Shown here in pieces: positions 1 through 13,224 of a stretch of DNA of 64,000 nt (position 1 is its first letter; each line of letters opens with the position of its first letter). Where the stretch lies: positions 5,827 to 69,826 of the forward strand of contig JABBOA010000001.1 in the NCBI GenBank assembly GCA_019352075.1. The letters run 5' to 3'. Position numbers and translations under genes: made by a program. The notes beneath the pieces were generated by a model. That model was given only the letters and a program-made list of their open reading frames with translations. It ran no database searches and was not told the DNA's origin. Source of the stretch: Acidobacteriota bacterium (GTDB lineage Bacteria > Actinomycetota > Acidimicrobiia > Acidimicrobiales > RAAP-2).

Positions 1-743
1 AGACGGCGGGTCGTTCCGTCGCCGCGCTCGCCGGTAAGCACCTCAAGAAGTGCGTGCTGGAACTGGGTGGGTCGGACCCCTTCATCGTCACCAAGTCCGC
101 CGACCTGGATCACACGGTGCCGCTGGCGGTGACCGCTCGACTGCAGAACAACGGTCAGGCGTGCATCTGCGCGAAGCGGTTCATCGTGGTGCGCGACGTG
201 GCCGATGAGTTCATCGAGCGTTTCTCAGCGGCGATGGCGGCCGCACCGATCGGTGACCCCATGGACCCCTCGACGGTGCTGGGTCCCTTGGCCAACGAAG
301 CGCAGTTCAAGACGCTGAGCGCACAGGTGTCCCAGTCAATCGCCCAGGGCGCCGTGGCCACGACCGGTGGCGCACCGCTGAGTGGAACGGGTTACTTCTT
401 CCCCGCCACCGTGCTCGTGGACGTGCCCGAGACCGCGCCGGCGGGCAACGAGGAGATGTTCGGTCCCGTCGCCGTGGTCCACGTGGTCGACGACCTCGAC
501 GAGGCCATCCGCTACGCCAACGACACGCCCTGGGGGCTGTCGGGTTCGGTCTGGGCGACGGACCCCGCCGAGATCGAACAGGTCATCGCCGGACTCGACG
601 TGGGCATCATCTTCGCCAACGCGGTGGTGGCCTCGATGCCGGAACTGCCCTTCGGTGGCGTCAAGGCGTCGGGGTATGGCCGTGAACTCGGCGTCGCGGG
701 CGTGCGCGAGTTCACCAACGTGAAGTCGTTCTTTATCGCGTGA
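1..743 (+). CDS. Aldehyde dehydrogenase family protein (succinate-semialdehyde dehydrogenase-like), C-terminal part; 5' end outside window
   Basis: Frame open from base 3. AGKHLKKCVLELGGSDPFIV, EEMFGPV and PFGGVKASGYGRE motifs of the ALDH superfamily. Stop at 741-743. Confidence 0.85.
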   Translation, partial: TAGRSVAALAGKHLKKCVLELGGSDPFIVTKSADLDHTVPLAVTARLQNNGQACICAKRFIVVRDVADEFIERFSAAMAAAPIGDPMDPSTVLGPLANEAQFKTLSAQVSQSIAQGAVATTGGAPLSGTGYFFPATVLVDVPETAPAGNEEMFGPVAVVHVVDDLDEAIRYANDTPWGLSGSVWATDPAEIEQVIAGLDVGIIFANAVVASMPELPFGGVKASGYGRELGVAGVREFTNVKSFFIA

Positions 744-1927
744 ATCGGTACTACTTCGATCACGCGGCCTCCGCGCCGCGTCGAGACGAAGTGGCCGACG
801 CGATGGCCCCGTGGATGCACGGCGTGGTCGGCAACCCCTCGGGCAGCCACCGCGCGGCCCGCGACGCGCGCCGCGCGGTCGAAGAGGCCCGCGACGTGGT
901 GGCGTCCTTCGTCGGCGCCGCACCGGGCGGCGTGATCTTCACCGCCGGCGGGACCGAATCGTGCACGCTCGCGGTGACGGGCGTCGCGCGCGCCCACCGG
1001 CGACACCACGCGCGCACCACGTTGGTGGTATCGGCCATCGAACACCACGCCGTGCTCGACGCGGCGTACCTCATGGCGTCGGACTACCCGTCGGTCGAAG
1101 TGCGCGAGATCGGGGTCGACGCGGACGGCGTCCTCGACGTCGCCGCCCTCCACGGCGCCCTCGACGAGACTGTGGCGCTCGTGAGCGTCATGGCCGTCAA
1201 TAACGAGACCGGCGTCGTGCAGCCCCTCGACGCGGTAGCGGCGGCGATCGACCGACGCGGCCACGGCGATCTGGTCACCCACAGTGACGCCGTCGCGGCC
1301 GCGCCGTGGCTCGACCTGGCCACGTTCAGCGCCGACATCGACGCGGTGTCGTTGTGCGGACACAAATTGGGCGGCCCCGTCAATGCCGGTGCGTTGGTGC
1401 TGCGGCGTGAGGTGGACTTGGTACCAATGATGCCGGGGGGCGGACAAGAGCGTGGCCGCCGCGGCGGCACCGTCGACGTCGCGGCGTGCGTGGGTCTGGC
1501 GGCCGCGATCCGCTGTGTCGAGGCCGAACGCGCCGCCGGACACGAACGCGTGCGCGAACTCCAAGGTCGGTTGCGCGCGGGCCTCTCACCGCTGCCCGGT
1601 GCGCGTGTCACCGCCGCGGGGGCGCTGAGCGTCCCGGGAACGGTGCACCTGACCTTCGAGGGCTTGGCGAGCGACGAACTGCTCTTCCTGCTCGACCAGG
1701 CGAACGTCGACGCATCGGCGGCCGCGAGTTGCTCCAGTGGAGCGGTCGTCGCGAGTCACGTTCTCGCGGCCATGGGGGTAGCGTCCGAGCGCGCACGGGG
1801 CTCGCTGCGACTGACGATGGGCCACGAGACCAGCGCCGATGACGTCGACGCGGTGATCGAAGCCGTCTCGCGCGCCGTGCGCCGTCTGCACCACGAGTCA
1901 GGGCGTCGCCTTCAACTGGCAGACTAG
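740..1927 (+). CDS. iscS: Cysteine desulfurase, class V aminotransferase (IscS/NifS-like)
   Basis: GTGA start/stop overlap with upstream gene. PLP-lysine context SLCGHKLGGP and Cys loop ASCSSGAV. Sits directly upstream of mnmA, as in actinobacterial iscS-trmU pairs. Confidence 0.85.
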   Translation: MNRYYFDHAASAPRRDEVADAMAPWMHGVVGNPSGSHRAARDARRAVEEARDVVASFVGAAPGGVIFTAGGTESCTLAVTGVARAHRRHHARTTLVVSAIEHHAVLDAAYLMASDYPSVEVREIGVDADGVLDVAALHGALDETVALVSVMAVNNETGVVQPLDAVAAAIDRRGHGDLVTHSDAVAAAPWLDLATFSADIDAVSLCGHKLGGPVNAGALVLRREVDLVPMMPGGGQERGRRGGTVDVAACVGLAAAIRCVEAERAAGHERVRELQGRLRAGLSPLPGARVTAAGALSVPGTVHLTFEGLASDELLFLLDQANVDASAAASCSSGAVVASHVLAAMGVASERARGSLRLTMGHETSADDVDAVIEAVSRAVRRLHHESGRRLQLAD

Positions 1928-1931
1928 GACC

Positions 1932-5008
<3,077 letters not shown>

Positions 5009-5033
5009 ACAATGAATTAGTTGAGGTCCGTCC

Positions 5034-6896
5034 ATGTTGCCATCGTCGTTCGCCCCGGGGCACGAGTTCGTGGAGCGCTATCGGCTGATCGAATTGATCG
5101 GCGTCGGCCACACCGTGGAGGCCTATCGGGCCCACGACCTGACGTTGCAACGCGAGGTGGTGATCAAGGTCCTCAACGCCGGTCTCGCGTCACACGAAGA
5201 GGTCCGCCGGGCCTTTCGCGACCACATCATCCAGGCGGCGACGTTCCGCCACCCCCACGTGGCCCAGGTGTACGACGGTGGTCAACAGGCGGGTTCGATC
5301 TTCATGGTGGGCGAGTACCTGAGTGGTGGATCGCTCGAGGATCTCCTGCGAGCGGGCCAGGTGTTGAGTCCCGAGGAGACCGCGCGACTCGGCCGTGATG
5401 TGGCGTCGGCGTTGGCCTACATCCACGAACAGGGTCTCGTCCACGGTGAGCTCTCTCCGAACAAGATCCTCTTCGATTCCTCCGGCCACGTCCGGGTGTC
5501 CGACGTCGCCTTGGCGGGTCTGGCCGGACCCCATCGTCACTTCACGACGCGCGACGACGTGCGGTACTTCTCGCCCGAGCAGGCCCGCGGCGACATCGCC
5601 TCGGCGTCGTCGGACGTGTACGCCCTGGGCCTGATCCTGTTCGAGACCTCGACGGGTGCGACCCCCTTCGAGGGGACCACTGCGGAGCAGATGCTTAGAG
5701 AGCGTCTCCGCGGACCACTGCCGTCGCGGCCGGAACTGGGCAGTCTGGACATCGTGTTGGCGCAGGCGACCGTGCCCGACGCGCTGGTGCGCCTCACCGC
5801 CGAGGAGATGACCACTCGATTGTCGAGCGTCGTGCCCGACGAGGCACCGTTCGTCAAATACGATGATCCGGGTCCGTCGTTGTTGGGCAGTTTTGCTCTG
5901 GCCGAGCCGCGTCAGTCGGTGGGTTTCCACCCTCCCACGCCTAATCAGATCGTGTCGTCGCCGCGTTCGTCGCCCACTTTCGGTCAATCGCCCAGCGCGC
6001 GACACGGCGCGCCGTCGCGCCGCTCGGCGCCGGAGGGTTTCGAGGCCCTGTCACCCGTCAAGGGGCGTCGTCGTCCCGCGTTCCTCGTCGCCCTGGCCCT
6101 CTTGCTAGTCGTGGTCCTAGGCGCGGGTCTCGTGTGGAAACTGGGCTACTTGTCGAACTCCCACACCGCGCCCAGCGTGACCGGCCTCACCACGTCCGAA
6201 GCGTCGTCCCTGGTCAAGAGTGACGGACTGAAGATGCACGTCACGGGCACCGTCGCGTCCGCCACCGTGAAGGCGGGGAGCATCATCTCCCAATCACCGG
6301 CGGCGGGCAGCAACGTCGCGGGAGGTTCGACGCTATCGGTCACGGTGTCGAGCGGACCAGCGGGAGCGCCGGTGAACGTGCCGACGAATCTCATCGGCAA
6401 GACGTGCGCCGCGGCCACGAGCGTCCTCGCCGCTCTCCACGTGACGGCCACCTGTCCGAGTACGGCGAGCATCGTGAGCGCCACGGCGGCCAAGGGGCTC
6501 GTCGCGGGCTGGCTCTCGGGGGTCACGAAGAATCCGGGCGCCGTGCCGAAGGGATCCACGCTGATCCTTGAGACGTCCTTGGGCGCGCCGACGACCGCGC
6601 CGACGACCACGACGACCATCGCCGCCACGACGACCGCGCCGACGACCACGACGACCATCGCCGCCACGACCACGACCGCGCACGCCACGACGCTGCCGAT
6701 GCCCAACCTGACGGGGATGGATCCCGCACAGGTCGGCGTGACCCTCAAGGCCGCCGGGCTGTTCTACAAGACGCAGGGGCCCGGCGCGGGTACCGCGACG
6801 ACCAGTCCGACGTGGGTGAGGGTGGTGTCCACGATTCCGGCCGCGGGGGTGACCGTGCCGTATCTCTCGACGGTGACGCTCAATGTCGCCAAGTGA
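5034..6896 (+). CDS. PknB-like transmembrane Ser/Thr protein kinase homologue with three PASTA-like repeats; catalytic motifs degenerate
   Basis: Kinase fold motifs VVIKVL, YFSPEQARG and SDVYALG. HRD is replaced by HGE and DFG by DVA. One TM (AFLVALALLLVVVLGAGLVW). Three extracellular repeats of about 65 aa of PASTA type. Confidence 0.9.
   Translation: MLPSSFAPGHEFVERYRLIELIGVGHTVEAYRAHDLTLQREVVIKVLNAGLASHEEVRRAFRDHIIQAATFRHPHVAQVYDGGQQAGSIFMVGEYLSGGSLEDLLRAGQVLSPEETARLGRDVASALAYIHEQGLVHGELSPNKILFDSSGHVRVSDVALAGLAGPHRHFTTRDDVRYFSPEQARGDIASASSDVYALGLILFETSTGATPFEGTTAEQMLRERLRGPLPSRPELGSLDIVLAQATVPDALVRLTAEEMTTRLSSVVPDEAPFVKYDDPGPSLLGSFALAEPRQSVGFHPPTPNQIVSSPRSSPTFGQSPSARHGAPSRRSAPEGFEALSPVKGRRRPAFLVALALLLVVVLGAGLVWKLGYLSNSHTAPSVTGLTTSEASSLVKSDGLKMHVTGTVASATVKAGSIISQSPAAGSNVAGGSTLSVTVSSGPAGAPVNVPTNLIGKTCAAATSVLAALHVTATCPSTASIVSATAAKGLVAGWLSGVTKNPGAVPKGSTLILETSLGAPTTAPTTTTTIAATTTAPTTTTTIAATTTTAHATTLPMPNLTGMDPAQVGVTLKAAGLFYKTQGPGAGTATTSPTWVRVVSTIPAAGVTVPYLSTVTLNVAK
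6591..6668 (+). repeat. Perfect 39-bp tandem duplication (2 copies) inside the kinase Thr-rich linker
   Basis: acgaccgcgccgacgaccacgacgaccatcgccgccacg occurs at 6591-6629 and again at 6630-6668. It encodes TTAPTTTTTIAAT twice. Confidence 0.95.
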
Positions 6897-7158
6897 TTGC
6901 CAGCTGTGCGAGGCTGCGCCGATCACTACGCAGTACTTCGCCGACGAGGAGTGTTGGATCGCTGACTGTCTGGTCTGTCACGTTCCGATGGTCGTCTGGC
7001 GTCGGCACGATCCTTCGCCACCCGTGGCGGTGCGCGCGCGTCTGGTGCAGAGGCTGTCAGTGGTGGCTGACGACTTCTTTTCGGGTCGTCCCTGGTACGT
7101 CGACGACCACATGCGTCTGATACCTGATCATTATCACGCCCACGCCCGCGTCCGGTGA
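6883..7158 (+). CDS. Small Cys-rich protein with HIT-like features
   Basis: 91-aa ORF overlapping the kinase 3' end by 14 nt. DCQLCE and CLVC pairs near the N-terminus and DHYHAHARV (HxHxH) near the C-terminus. Moderate GC3. Confidence 0.55.
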   Translation: MSPSDCQLCEAAPITTQYFADEECWIADCLVCHVPMVVWRRHDPSPPVAVRARLVQRLSVVADDFFSGRPWYVDDHMRLIPDHYHAHARVR

Positions 7159-7198
7159 GCGCCAGGGGCCCTCGCGCCAAAAGGTAGTCTGGGTCCCT

Positions 7199-7954
7199 AT
7201 GACTGACGTAGTGATGCCCAGCGGCGAACCGTTCTACTCGCCGGGGGGGAACCTCGGCGTGCTGTTGCTGCACGGTTTCACCAGTACCACGTCGACGGTG
7301 CTCGATCTGGCCCTTCGATGTGCGGCCCAGGGCTACAGCGTGTCGGCGCCGCGTTTGCCGGGGCACGGCACCACCGTCGAGGACCTGATGACGACGGGCT
7401 GGGACGACTGGAGTGGCGCGGCGCTGAGCGCTTACGACGATCTCGCGCAGCGCTGTGAGCGCGTGGCCATCGTCGGCCTCTCCATGGGCGGCACCCTGGC
7501 CGTGCACGTGGCCACTCATCGGCCCGACGTCGCCGCTTTCGTCTTCATCAACCCTTATGTGAAACACCAGGGCGCGGAATGGGACGAACTGGCCCAGACC
7601 ATGCTCGCGGCGGGGGTGCTCACTTACGACTCGATCGGTTCTGACGTCAAGAAGGAAGGGGTGGTGGAGTCCTCCTACCCCCAGACGCCCATCGCACCCG
7701 CGATCTCGTTGCTCGACGCCGTCAAGGTCGTGAACGAGAACCTGGGTTCGATCGTCGCGCCGAGTCTGCTGCTCAACAGCACCGAGGACCACGTCGTGGC
7801 GACGGACAACGGTGACGAGATAGTCGAGAAGTCCAATGGACCCGTCGAACGTCTCTGGTTGGACAACTCCTTTCACGTGGCCACGCTGGACAATGATCAC
7901 GAACTCATCGAGTCGGCAACGATCGCCTTCCTCGCGGGACACTTGGGCCGATGA
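7199..7954 (+). CDS. Alpha/beta hydrolase (carboxylesterase / monoacylglycerol lipase-like)
   Basis: LLHGFTS oxyanion region and nucleophile elbow GLSMGG. Length 251 aa. ATGA overlap with gatC. Confidence 0.85.
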   Translation: MTDVVMPSGEPFYSPGGNLGVLLLHGFTSTTSTVLDLALRCAAQGYSVSAPRLPGHGTTVEDLMTTGWDDWSGAALSAYDDLAQRCERVAIVGLSMGGTLAVHVATHRPDVAAFVFINPYVKHQGAEWDELAQTMLAAGVLTYDSIGSDVKKEGVVESSYPQTPIAPAISLLDAVKVVNENLGSIVAPSLLLNSTEDHVVATDNGDEIVEKSNGPVERLWLDNSFHVATLDNDHELIESATIAFLAGHLGR

Positions 7955-8253
7955 GCGGCGCCATCTCACGCGACGAGGTCGCCAAGGTGGCGCGACTCGC
8001 GCGTCTGACGTTGAGCGAGACCGAGTTGGAGACCTTCACCGAGCAACTGGGCCAGATCCTCGAGCACGCGCGCGACATGAATTCTCTGGACCTGACCGGC
8101 GTCGCCGCGACGGCGCACCCCTTCGGCATCACGAACGTGGTGCGCGACGACGTCGTCACGGCGAGCCTGGATCGCGACACCGTGCTCGCCATGGCGCCCG
8201 ACGTCCGTGACCATCGTTTCGCGGTGCCGCGGATCCTCGGGGAGGCGCCGTGA
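7951..8253 (+). CDS. gatC: Asp/Glu-tRNA amidotransferase subunit C
   Basis: 100 aa. [24 protein letters not shown] is typical of GatC. Followed by gatA and gatB with 4-nt overlaps. Confidence 0.92.
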   Translation: MSGAISRDEVAKVARLARLTLSETELETFTEQLGQILEHARDMNSLDLTGVAATAHPFGITNVVRDDVVTASLDRDTVLAMAPDVRDHRFAVPRILGEAP

Positions 8254-9674
8254 AGAGCGCCCTCGAGATTGCCGCCGACGTGCGCTCGGGGGCGTCCAGC
8301 GCCGTCGCGGAGCTCGAGCGCTCGCTCTCGGTCATCGCGCAACGTAATGAGGCCCTCAACGTCTTCTTGCACGTGGACTCCGAAGGTGCGCGCGCGGCGG
8401 CGACGCGGGTCGACGCGCGGGTCGCGCGCGGCGAGGACGTCGGCGCCCTCGCGGGCGTGCCGGTCGCCATCAAGGACAATCTCTGTCAGGTCGGCGTCCC
8501 CACGACGTGCTCGTCGCGGATCCTGGAGGGTTGGCGCCCCCCCTACAGCGCCACGGTGGTCGAGCGACTCGTGGCCGCGGGTGCCGTCGTGGTGGGTAAG
8601 ACGAATCTTGACGAGTTCGCCATGGGCTCATCGACCGAGAACTCCGCCTTTGGCCCGACTCGTAATCCGCTCGATCCCTCGCGCGTGCCGGGCGGTTCGT
8701 CGGGTGGCTCCGCCGCCGCGGTCGCCTCCGATATGACGTCGATCTCGCTGGGATCGGACACCGGAGGTTCGATCCGCCAGCCCGCCGCTCTGTGCGGGCT
8801 GGTCGGTGTCAAACCGACCTACGGCCTCGTCTCGCGCTACGGTCTGGTGGCCTTCGCCAGTTCCCTGGACCAGGTGGGCCCCTTCGCGCGTAGCGTCACC
8901 GATGCGGCGCTGTTGCTCGAAGTCATCGCGGGACACGATGTCCGTGATTCGACGTCGTTGCCCGAACCCGCACCGTCGCTCGTGGCGCGCGTGAACGACG
9001 GCGTCGCCGGCATGAGGATCGGTCTCGTCCGCGAACTCGTGGACGGCGCCGACGACAGCGTCGCGGCGGCGGTGCACGCCGCGGCCGACGCGCTGCGCGC
9101 GGCCGGGGCGGAGGTCGTCGACGTGTCCATTCCTGAGCTCGGACTCACGTTGAGCGCGTACTACCTCATTGCGCCCGCCGAGGCCTCGTCCAACCTGGCG
9201 CGCTTCGACGGCGTGCGCTACGGACGCCGGGTCGACGCCGATGACGTGACGAGCATGATGGAGGCCACGCGCACGGCGGGCTTCGGTGCCGAGGTCAAGC
9301 GACGCATCATGCTCGGGACCTACGCGTTGTCCGCGGGTTACTACGACGCCTACTACGGGCAGGCCCTGAAGGTCCGCACGCTTACCATCAACGCCTTCGC
9401 GCGTGCCTACGGCGAGGTCGACGCCCTGCTCGGGGCCACGACACCGAGTGTGGCCTTCAAGTTCGGTGAGAAGACCGACGATCCCATGGCGATGTACCTC
9501 AACGACGTCTTCACCATCCCCACCAATCTGGCTGGTGATCCGGCGCTGTCGGTCCCCTTCGCCACGGGGGAGGAAGGACTGCCCGTGGGGGTGCAGCTGC
9601 TCGGCCCGGGTCGTAGCGAGGCGCGGCTCTTCGCCGCCGCGCGCGTCCTCGAGATCGCGGATGGTCGCGCGTGA
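8250..9674 (+). CDS. gatA: Asp/Glu-tRNA amidotransferase subunit A
   Basis: Amidase signature [12 protein letters not shown] and [12 protein letters not shown]. 474 aa. Confidence 0.95.
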   Translation: MKSALEIAADVRSGASSAVAELERSLSVIAQRNEALNVFLHVDSEGARAAATRVDARVARGEDVGALAGVPVAIKDNLCQVGVPTTCSSRILEGWRPPYSATVVERLVAAGAVVVGKTNLDEFAMGSSTENSAFGPTRNPLDPSRVPGGSSGGSAAAVASDMTSISLGSDTGGSIRQPAALCGLVGVKPTYGLVSRYGLVAFASSLDQVGPFARSVTDAALLLEVIAGHDVRDSTSLPEPAPSLVARVNDGVAGMRIGLVRELVDGADDSVAAAVHAAADALRAAGAEVVDVSIPELGLTLSAYYLIAPAEASSNLARFDGVRYGRRVDADDVTSMMEATRTAGFGAEVKRRIMLGTYALSAGYYDAYYGQALKVRTLTINAFARAYGEVDALLGATTPSVAFKFGEKTDDPMAMYLNDVFTIPTNLAGDPALSVPFATGEEGLPVGVQLLGPGRSEARLFAAARVLEIADGRA

Positions 9675-11098
9675 CGTTGCCGACCAATTGGGAGATGGTG
9701 GTCGGACTCGAAGTCCACACCGAACTCCTCACGAAGTCCAAACTCTTCTGCGGTTGTGCGAACAATTTCGGGTCCGAGCCCAATACCAACATCTGCCCGG
9801 TCTGCCTCGGATTGCCCGGCTCCTTGCCGGTGCTCAATCGTGAGGCGGTCGAATTCGCGATGCGCATCGGTATGGCGTTGCGCTGCACCATCGCCCCCTC
9901 GACGTTCCACCGCAAGAACTACTTCTATCCGGATCAGTCCAAGGACTACCAGATCTCGCAGTACGACTTACCCATCAATGCGGGTGGGTATCTGGACCTG
10001 CCCGACGGCAGTCGGGTGTCCATCGAACGCGCGCACATGGAAGAGGACACCGGAAAGTCGACGCACCTGGGTGGTTCGGGTCGACTCGCGGGGGCTGATT
10101 CCTCCCTCGTGGACTACAACCGATGCGGCGTGCCTCTGGTGGAGATCGTCTCGGGGCCCGATATCCGCTCCGCGGCCCAGGCCCGCGTCTACGCGCAGGA
10201 ACTCCGCGCCATCCTGATCGCCACGGGAGCCTCCGACGGACGCCTGGAAGAGGGTTCGATGCGATTCGACGCCAACGTGTCGGTGCGCCGTAGTGGCGAG
10301 CCCCTGGGAACACGCTGCGAGATCAAGAACCTCAACTCGCTTCGCAGCCTCCAGCGCGCCATCGACTACGAGGCGTTGCGCCAGATCGAACTGATCGGTG
10401 ACGGGGGGGTCGTGCGTCAAGAGACGCGCCACTGGGACGAGAACGTCGGCGAGACCTCGACGTTGCGGGTGAAGGAGGACGCTGACGACTACCGGTACTT
10501 CCGTGACCCCGACCTCGTCGATCTCGCCCCGGATCAGGATTGGCAGGACCGAGTGCGCGCCGCGTTGCCCCCCATGCCCGCGCAGCGCCGCGGTGAGGTC
10601 GTCGCGCTGCTGGCCTCGCCGACCGAGGCGCAACTCGACGCGGTTGAAGTGGTGATCGATCTCGGTCTCGAGAAGTACGTGCACGCCGTCGCCGCCGCGG
10701 CGGGTGACGCGGCACTGGCCCTCTCGCGCGCGGCCAACGAGATCGCGGCAGACATTGATCACGTCGACCGGCTCACGACGGAGGCGTTCGCGACGACGGT
10801 CGCGATGGAACAGCGCGGTGAGCTCTCCGCCACCCAGGCCAAGACGGTTCTCGCGTCGCTGCTGGACCAAGGGGGAGACCCTCGCAGCATCGCCGCCGCG
10901 CTGGGCTTCGAGCAACTCTCCGCGGACTCGCTCGGGGCCACGGTCGCGTCGTTGATCGAGGAGCACCCCGACGAGTGGCAACGCTATCGCGAGGGTGACG
11001 ACAAGCTCGCGCAGTTCTTCATCGGCCAGGTCATGAAGGTGACGAAGGGCCAGGCGAACGGCAAGGCCGTGATCGGCGAATTGCAGGCGCGCCGGTAG
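9671..11098 (+). CDS. gatB: Asp/Glu-tRNA amidotransferase subunit B
   Basis: [25 protein letters not shown] and HMEEDTGKS motifs. 475 aa. Confidence 0.95.
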   Translation: MTLPTNWEMVVGLEVHTELLTKSKLFCGCANNFGSEPNTNICPVCLGLPGSLPVLNREAVEFAMRIGMALRCTIAPSTFHRKNYFYPDQSKDYQISQYDLPINAGGYLDLPDGSRVSIERAHMEEDTGKSTHLGGSGRLAGADSSLVDYNRCGVPLVEIVSGPDIRSAAQARVYAQELRAILIATGASDGRLEEGSMRFDANVSVRRSGEPLGTRCEIKNLNSLRSLQRAIDYEALRQIELIGDGGVVRQETRHWDENVGETSTLRVKEDADDYRYFRDPDLVDLAPDQDWQDRVRAALPPMPAQRRGEVVALLASPTEAQLDAVEVVIDLGLEKYVHAVAAAAGDAALALSRAANEIAADIDHVDRLTTEAFATTVAMEQRGELSATQAKTVLASLLDQGGDPRSIAAALGFEQLSADSLGATVASLIEEHPDEWQRYREGDDKLAQFFIGQVMKVTKGQANGKAVIGELQARR

Positions 11099-11146
11099 CG
11101 ACGCGAGGCGGTCCTAGACTCCAGCGTGACCTGGCCGGGAGCGATC

Positions 11147-12163
11147 ATGACCTCACCCCCCACGACGCGCGTCGTCGTGGCGACGGATAAGTTCCGTTCG
11201 ACCGCCACGACGGGCGAACTGTGGAGCACCATTCGCGACGTGCTGGGTCCGCGCTTCGTGTGCGACGAGGTGCCCGTGTCCGACGGAGGTGAGGGGTTTC
11301 GCGCCGCCTTCGCCGGCGAGACCTCGACCATACGGGTGCGCGGGCCATGGGGCGAGGTGCACGAGGCGCCCGTGACCCGACTGCGCGTGGGTACTGGAGG
11401 GGTCGCCGTCTTGGAGGTCGCCGAGATCATCGGGCGAGGCGCGCACGCCGCGTCCTCGCGCGAGGCGCTGGCCGCGTCGAGTGCCGGCCTGGGCGACGCC
11501 CTCGTCGCGGCGGCGGCACTTGACGTCGAGCGAATCGTGGTGGGCTGCGGCGGCTCGGCCACCTCCGACGGGGGTGAGGGGTGCTACGAGGTCTGGCGCG
11601 CCGCGCGGATCGACGTGGCCCTGACCGCGGCGACCGACATCACGGCGACGTTCTTCGGGGCCGCGCGATACGCCGCGCAGAAGGGGGTCGACCCGGCCGA
11701 TCTGGTCCTCGTGCAACGACGACTGCGCGAGGTGGCCACGCGATTCGCGCGCGAACGCGGTCGCGACGTCACCACCGTTCCACGTACGGGGGCGGCGGGA
11801 GGGCTCGCGGGTGCTCTCTACGCCCTCGGGGCGGACCTGGTGAGTGGTTTCGACGAAGTGGCCCGGGTGAGTCGCCTCGGCGAACGCGTCTCGTCGGCCG
11901 AGGTCATCATCACCGGCGAGGGACGCCTGGACATGGGCAGTCTGGAGGGTAAGGTCGTCGCCGGCGTGTGCGCGTTGACGAGGCCCGAGCAACGGGTCCT
12001 GGTGGTGTGCGGCACGACGCAGGTTGGTGCCGTACGCGAGTTGTGCCGGCGATACCCGTGGGTCCGCGTCGAGGACCTGGTGGCGCGATTCGGTGAGCGC
12101 CGCGCGCACGAGCAGACGCTGTCGTGCGTGGCCGACGTGGTGAGCGACTTCGCGCTGGGTTAA
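11147..12163 (+). CDS. Glycerate kinase family protein
   Basis: RVVVATDKFRST...VSDGGEGF N-terminus and GEGRLD motif. ATG 11147 is preceded by GGGAG. The ORF track starts 21 nt earlier at GTG 11126. Confidence 0.8.
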   Translation: MTSPPTTRVVVATDKFRSTATTGELWSTIRDVLGPRFVCDEVPVSDGGEGFRAAFAGETSTIRVRGPWGEVHEAPVTRLRVGTGGVAVLEVAEIIGRGAHAASSREALAASSAGLGDALVAAAALDVERIVVGCGGSATSDGGEGCYEVWRAARIDVALTAATDITATFFGAARYAAQKGVDPADLVLVQRRLREVATRFARERGRDVTTVPRTGAAGGLAGALYALGADLVSGFDEVARVSRLGERVSSAEVIITGEGRLDMGSLEGKVVAGVCALTRPEQRVLVVCGTTQVGAVRELCRRYPWVRVEDLVARFGERRAHEQTLSCVADVVSDFALG

Positions 12164-12217
12164 TCGACCGGTCGGCTCCTCGAGCGGTCGAAGGGTCGAT
12201 CCGTCAGGCGCGCGCCG

Positions 12218-13141
12218 TCAGGTCCTCAGGACCACGTTGATCGGCTCCTGTCCGCGTTGCAGACGCTCGACCTGGGTCACCAGAAGTCGGGCCATCCGCG
12301 TGTACATGGCGTCGGTCGCGCCGCCGACGTGTGGCGAGATCAGCACGTTGTCCAGCCCGAACAACGGGTGCGAATCGGGGAGCGGCTCCGGCTCGACCAC
12401 GTCGAGGGCCACACGCAGACGCCCACTGGACGCTGCGCTCACCAGGTCCTCGGTGACGACCACCGGCCCCCGCCCGACGTTGACCAGGAGGGCGCCGTCG
12501 CGCAGCTGCGCCAAGAACGCGGCGTCCACCACGTGGTGGGTCGTGTCGCTCAGCGGCAGCGAGAGCACGACGACGTCGGCGAGCGGGAGTTGGTCGCCCA
12601 GCTCGTCCCAACCCCGCACGTCACGGTCGCCCTCGCGTCGCGCGCGACGTGCGACGCGGGCGATCTCGACCTCGAAGGGGATGAGTCGCTGCTCGATGGC
12701 GCGTCCGACGCCGCCGTAGCCCACCAGGAGCACCCGACGGTCGGCCAGGCTCTCACGCACGTCCGTCGCCCAGTGGCCACGCTGCGCGGCGCGAACGTAA
12801 TCGGGTAGACCGCGTTGGGCGGCGAGGATCAGCGCCACGGCCAACTCCGCGGTCGAGGTCTCGTGCACCGAGGCCGCGTTGGCGAAGACCGTGCCGGGCG
12901 CCAGCAGTTCGCCGACACCGTCGTAGCCGATCGACTGGTACTGGACCAGGCGAGTGCGAACCCCGCGCAGGAACTCGAGTTGGCTCGCCGGCGCCATGTA
13001 GCGCGGTACCACGACGTCGATCGCGTCGCGCGGCGCAGGCGTGTCCAGGCGCCAATCGAGGACCTCGACGGGCGTGTCCAAGTGGGCGAGCGCCTCGCCC
13101 AGGTAGGCGTCGGGTACGCTGACCACCAGGCGTGAAGGCAC
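12218..13141 (-). CDS. D-isomer-specific 2-hydroxyacid dehydrogenase, NAD-binding
   Basis: Rossmann motif VLLVGYGGVGRAI, NVGRG and SPHVGG motifs. 307 aa. Confidence 0.88.
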   Translation of the reverse strand: MPSRLVVSVPDAYLGEALAHLDTPVEVLDWRLDTPAPRDAIDVVVPRYMAPASQLEFLRGVRTRLVQYQSIGYDGVGELLAPGTVFANAASVHETSTAELAVALILAAQRGLPDYVRAAQRGHWATDVRESLADRRVLLVGYGGVGRAIEQRLIPFEVEIARVARRARREGDRDVRGWDELGDQLPLADVVVLSLPLSDTTHHVVDAAFLAQLRDGALLVNVGRGPVVVTEDLVSAASSGRLRVALDVVEPEPLPDSHPLFGLDNVLISPHVGGATDAMYTRMARLLVTQVERLQRGQEPINVVLRT

Positions 13142-13224
13142 GCAGTGATATTACCCATCGGCTCGTCGCGCGGCGTCGAGCGCAACGCGGAGAGTGTACG
13201 GCCGCCCTGTCTAAACTTCACGGC

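Noticed and set aside
6591-6668. The tandem repeats at 6591-6668 and 41968-42006 as CRISPR arrays.
   Set aside because: The copies are directly adjacent with no spacers. One lies in frame inside a coding region, and there are no cas genes in the window.
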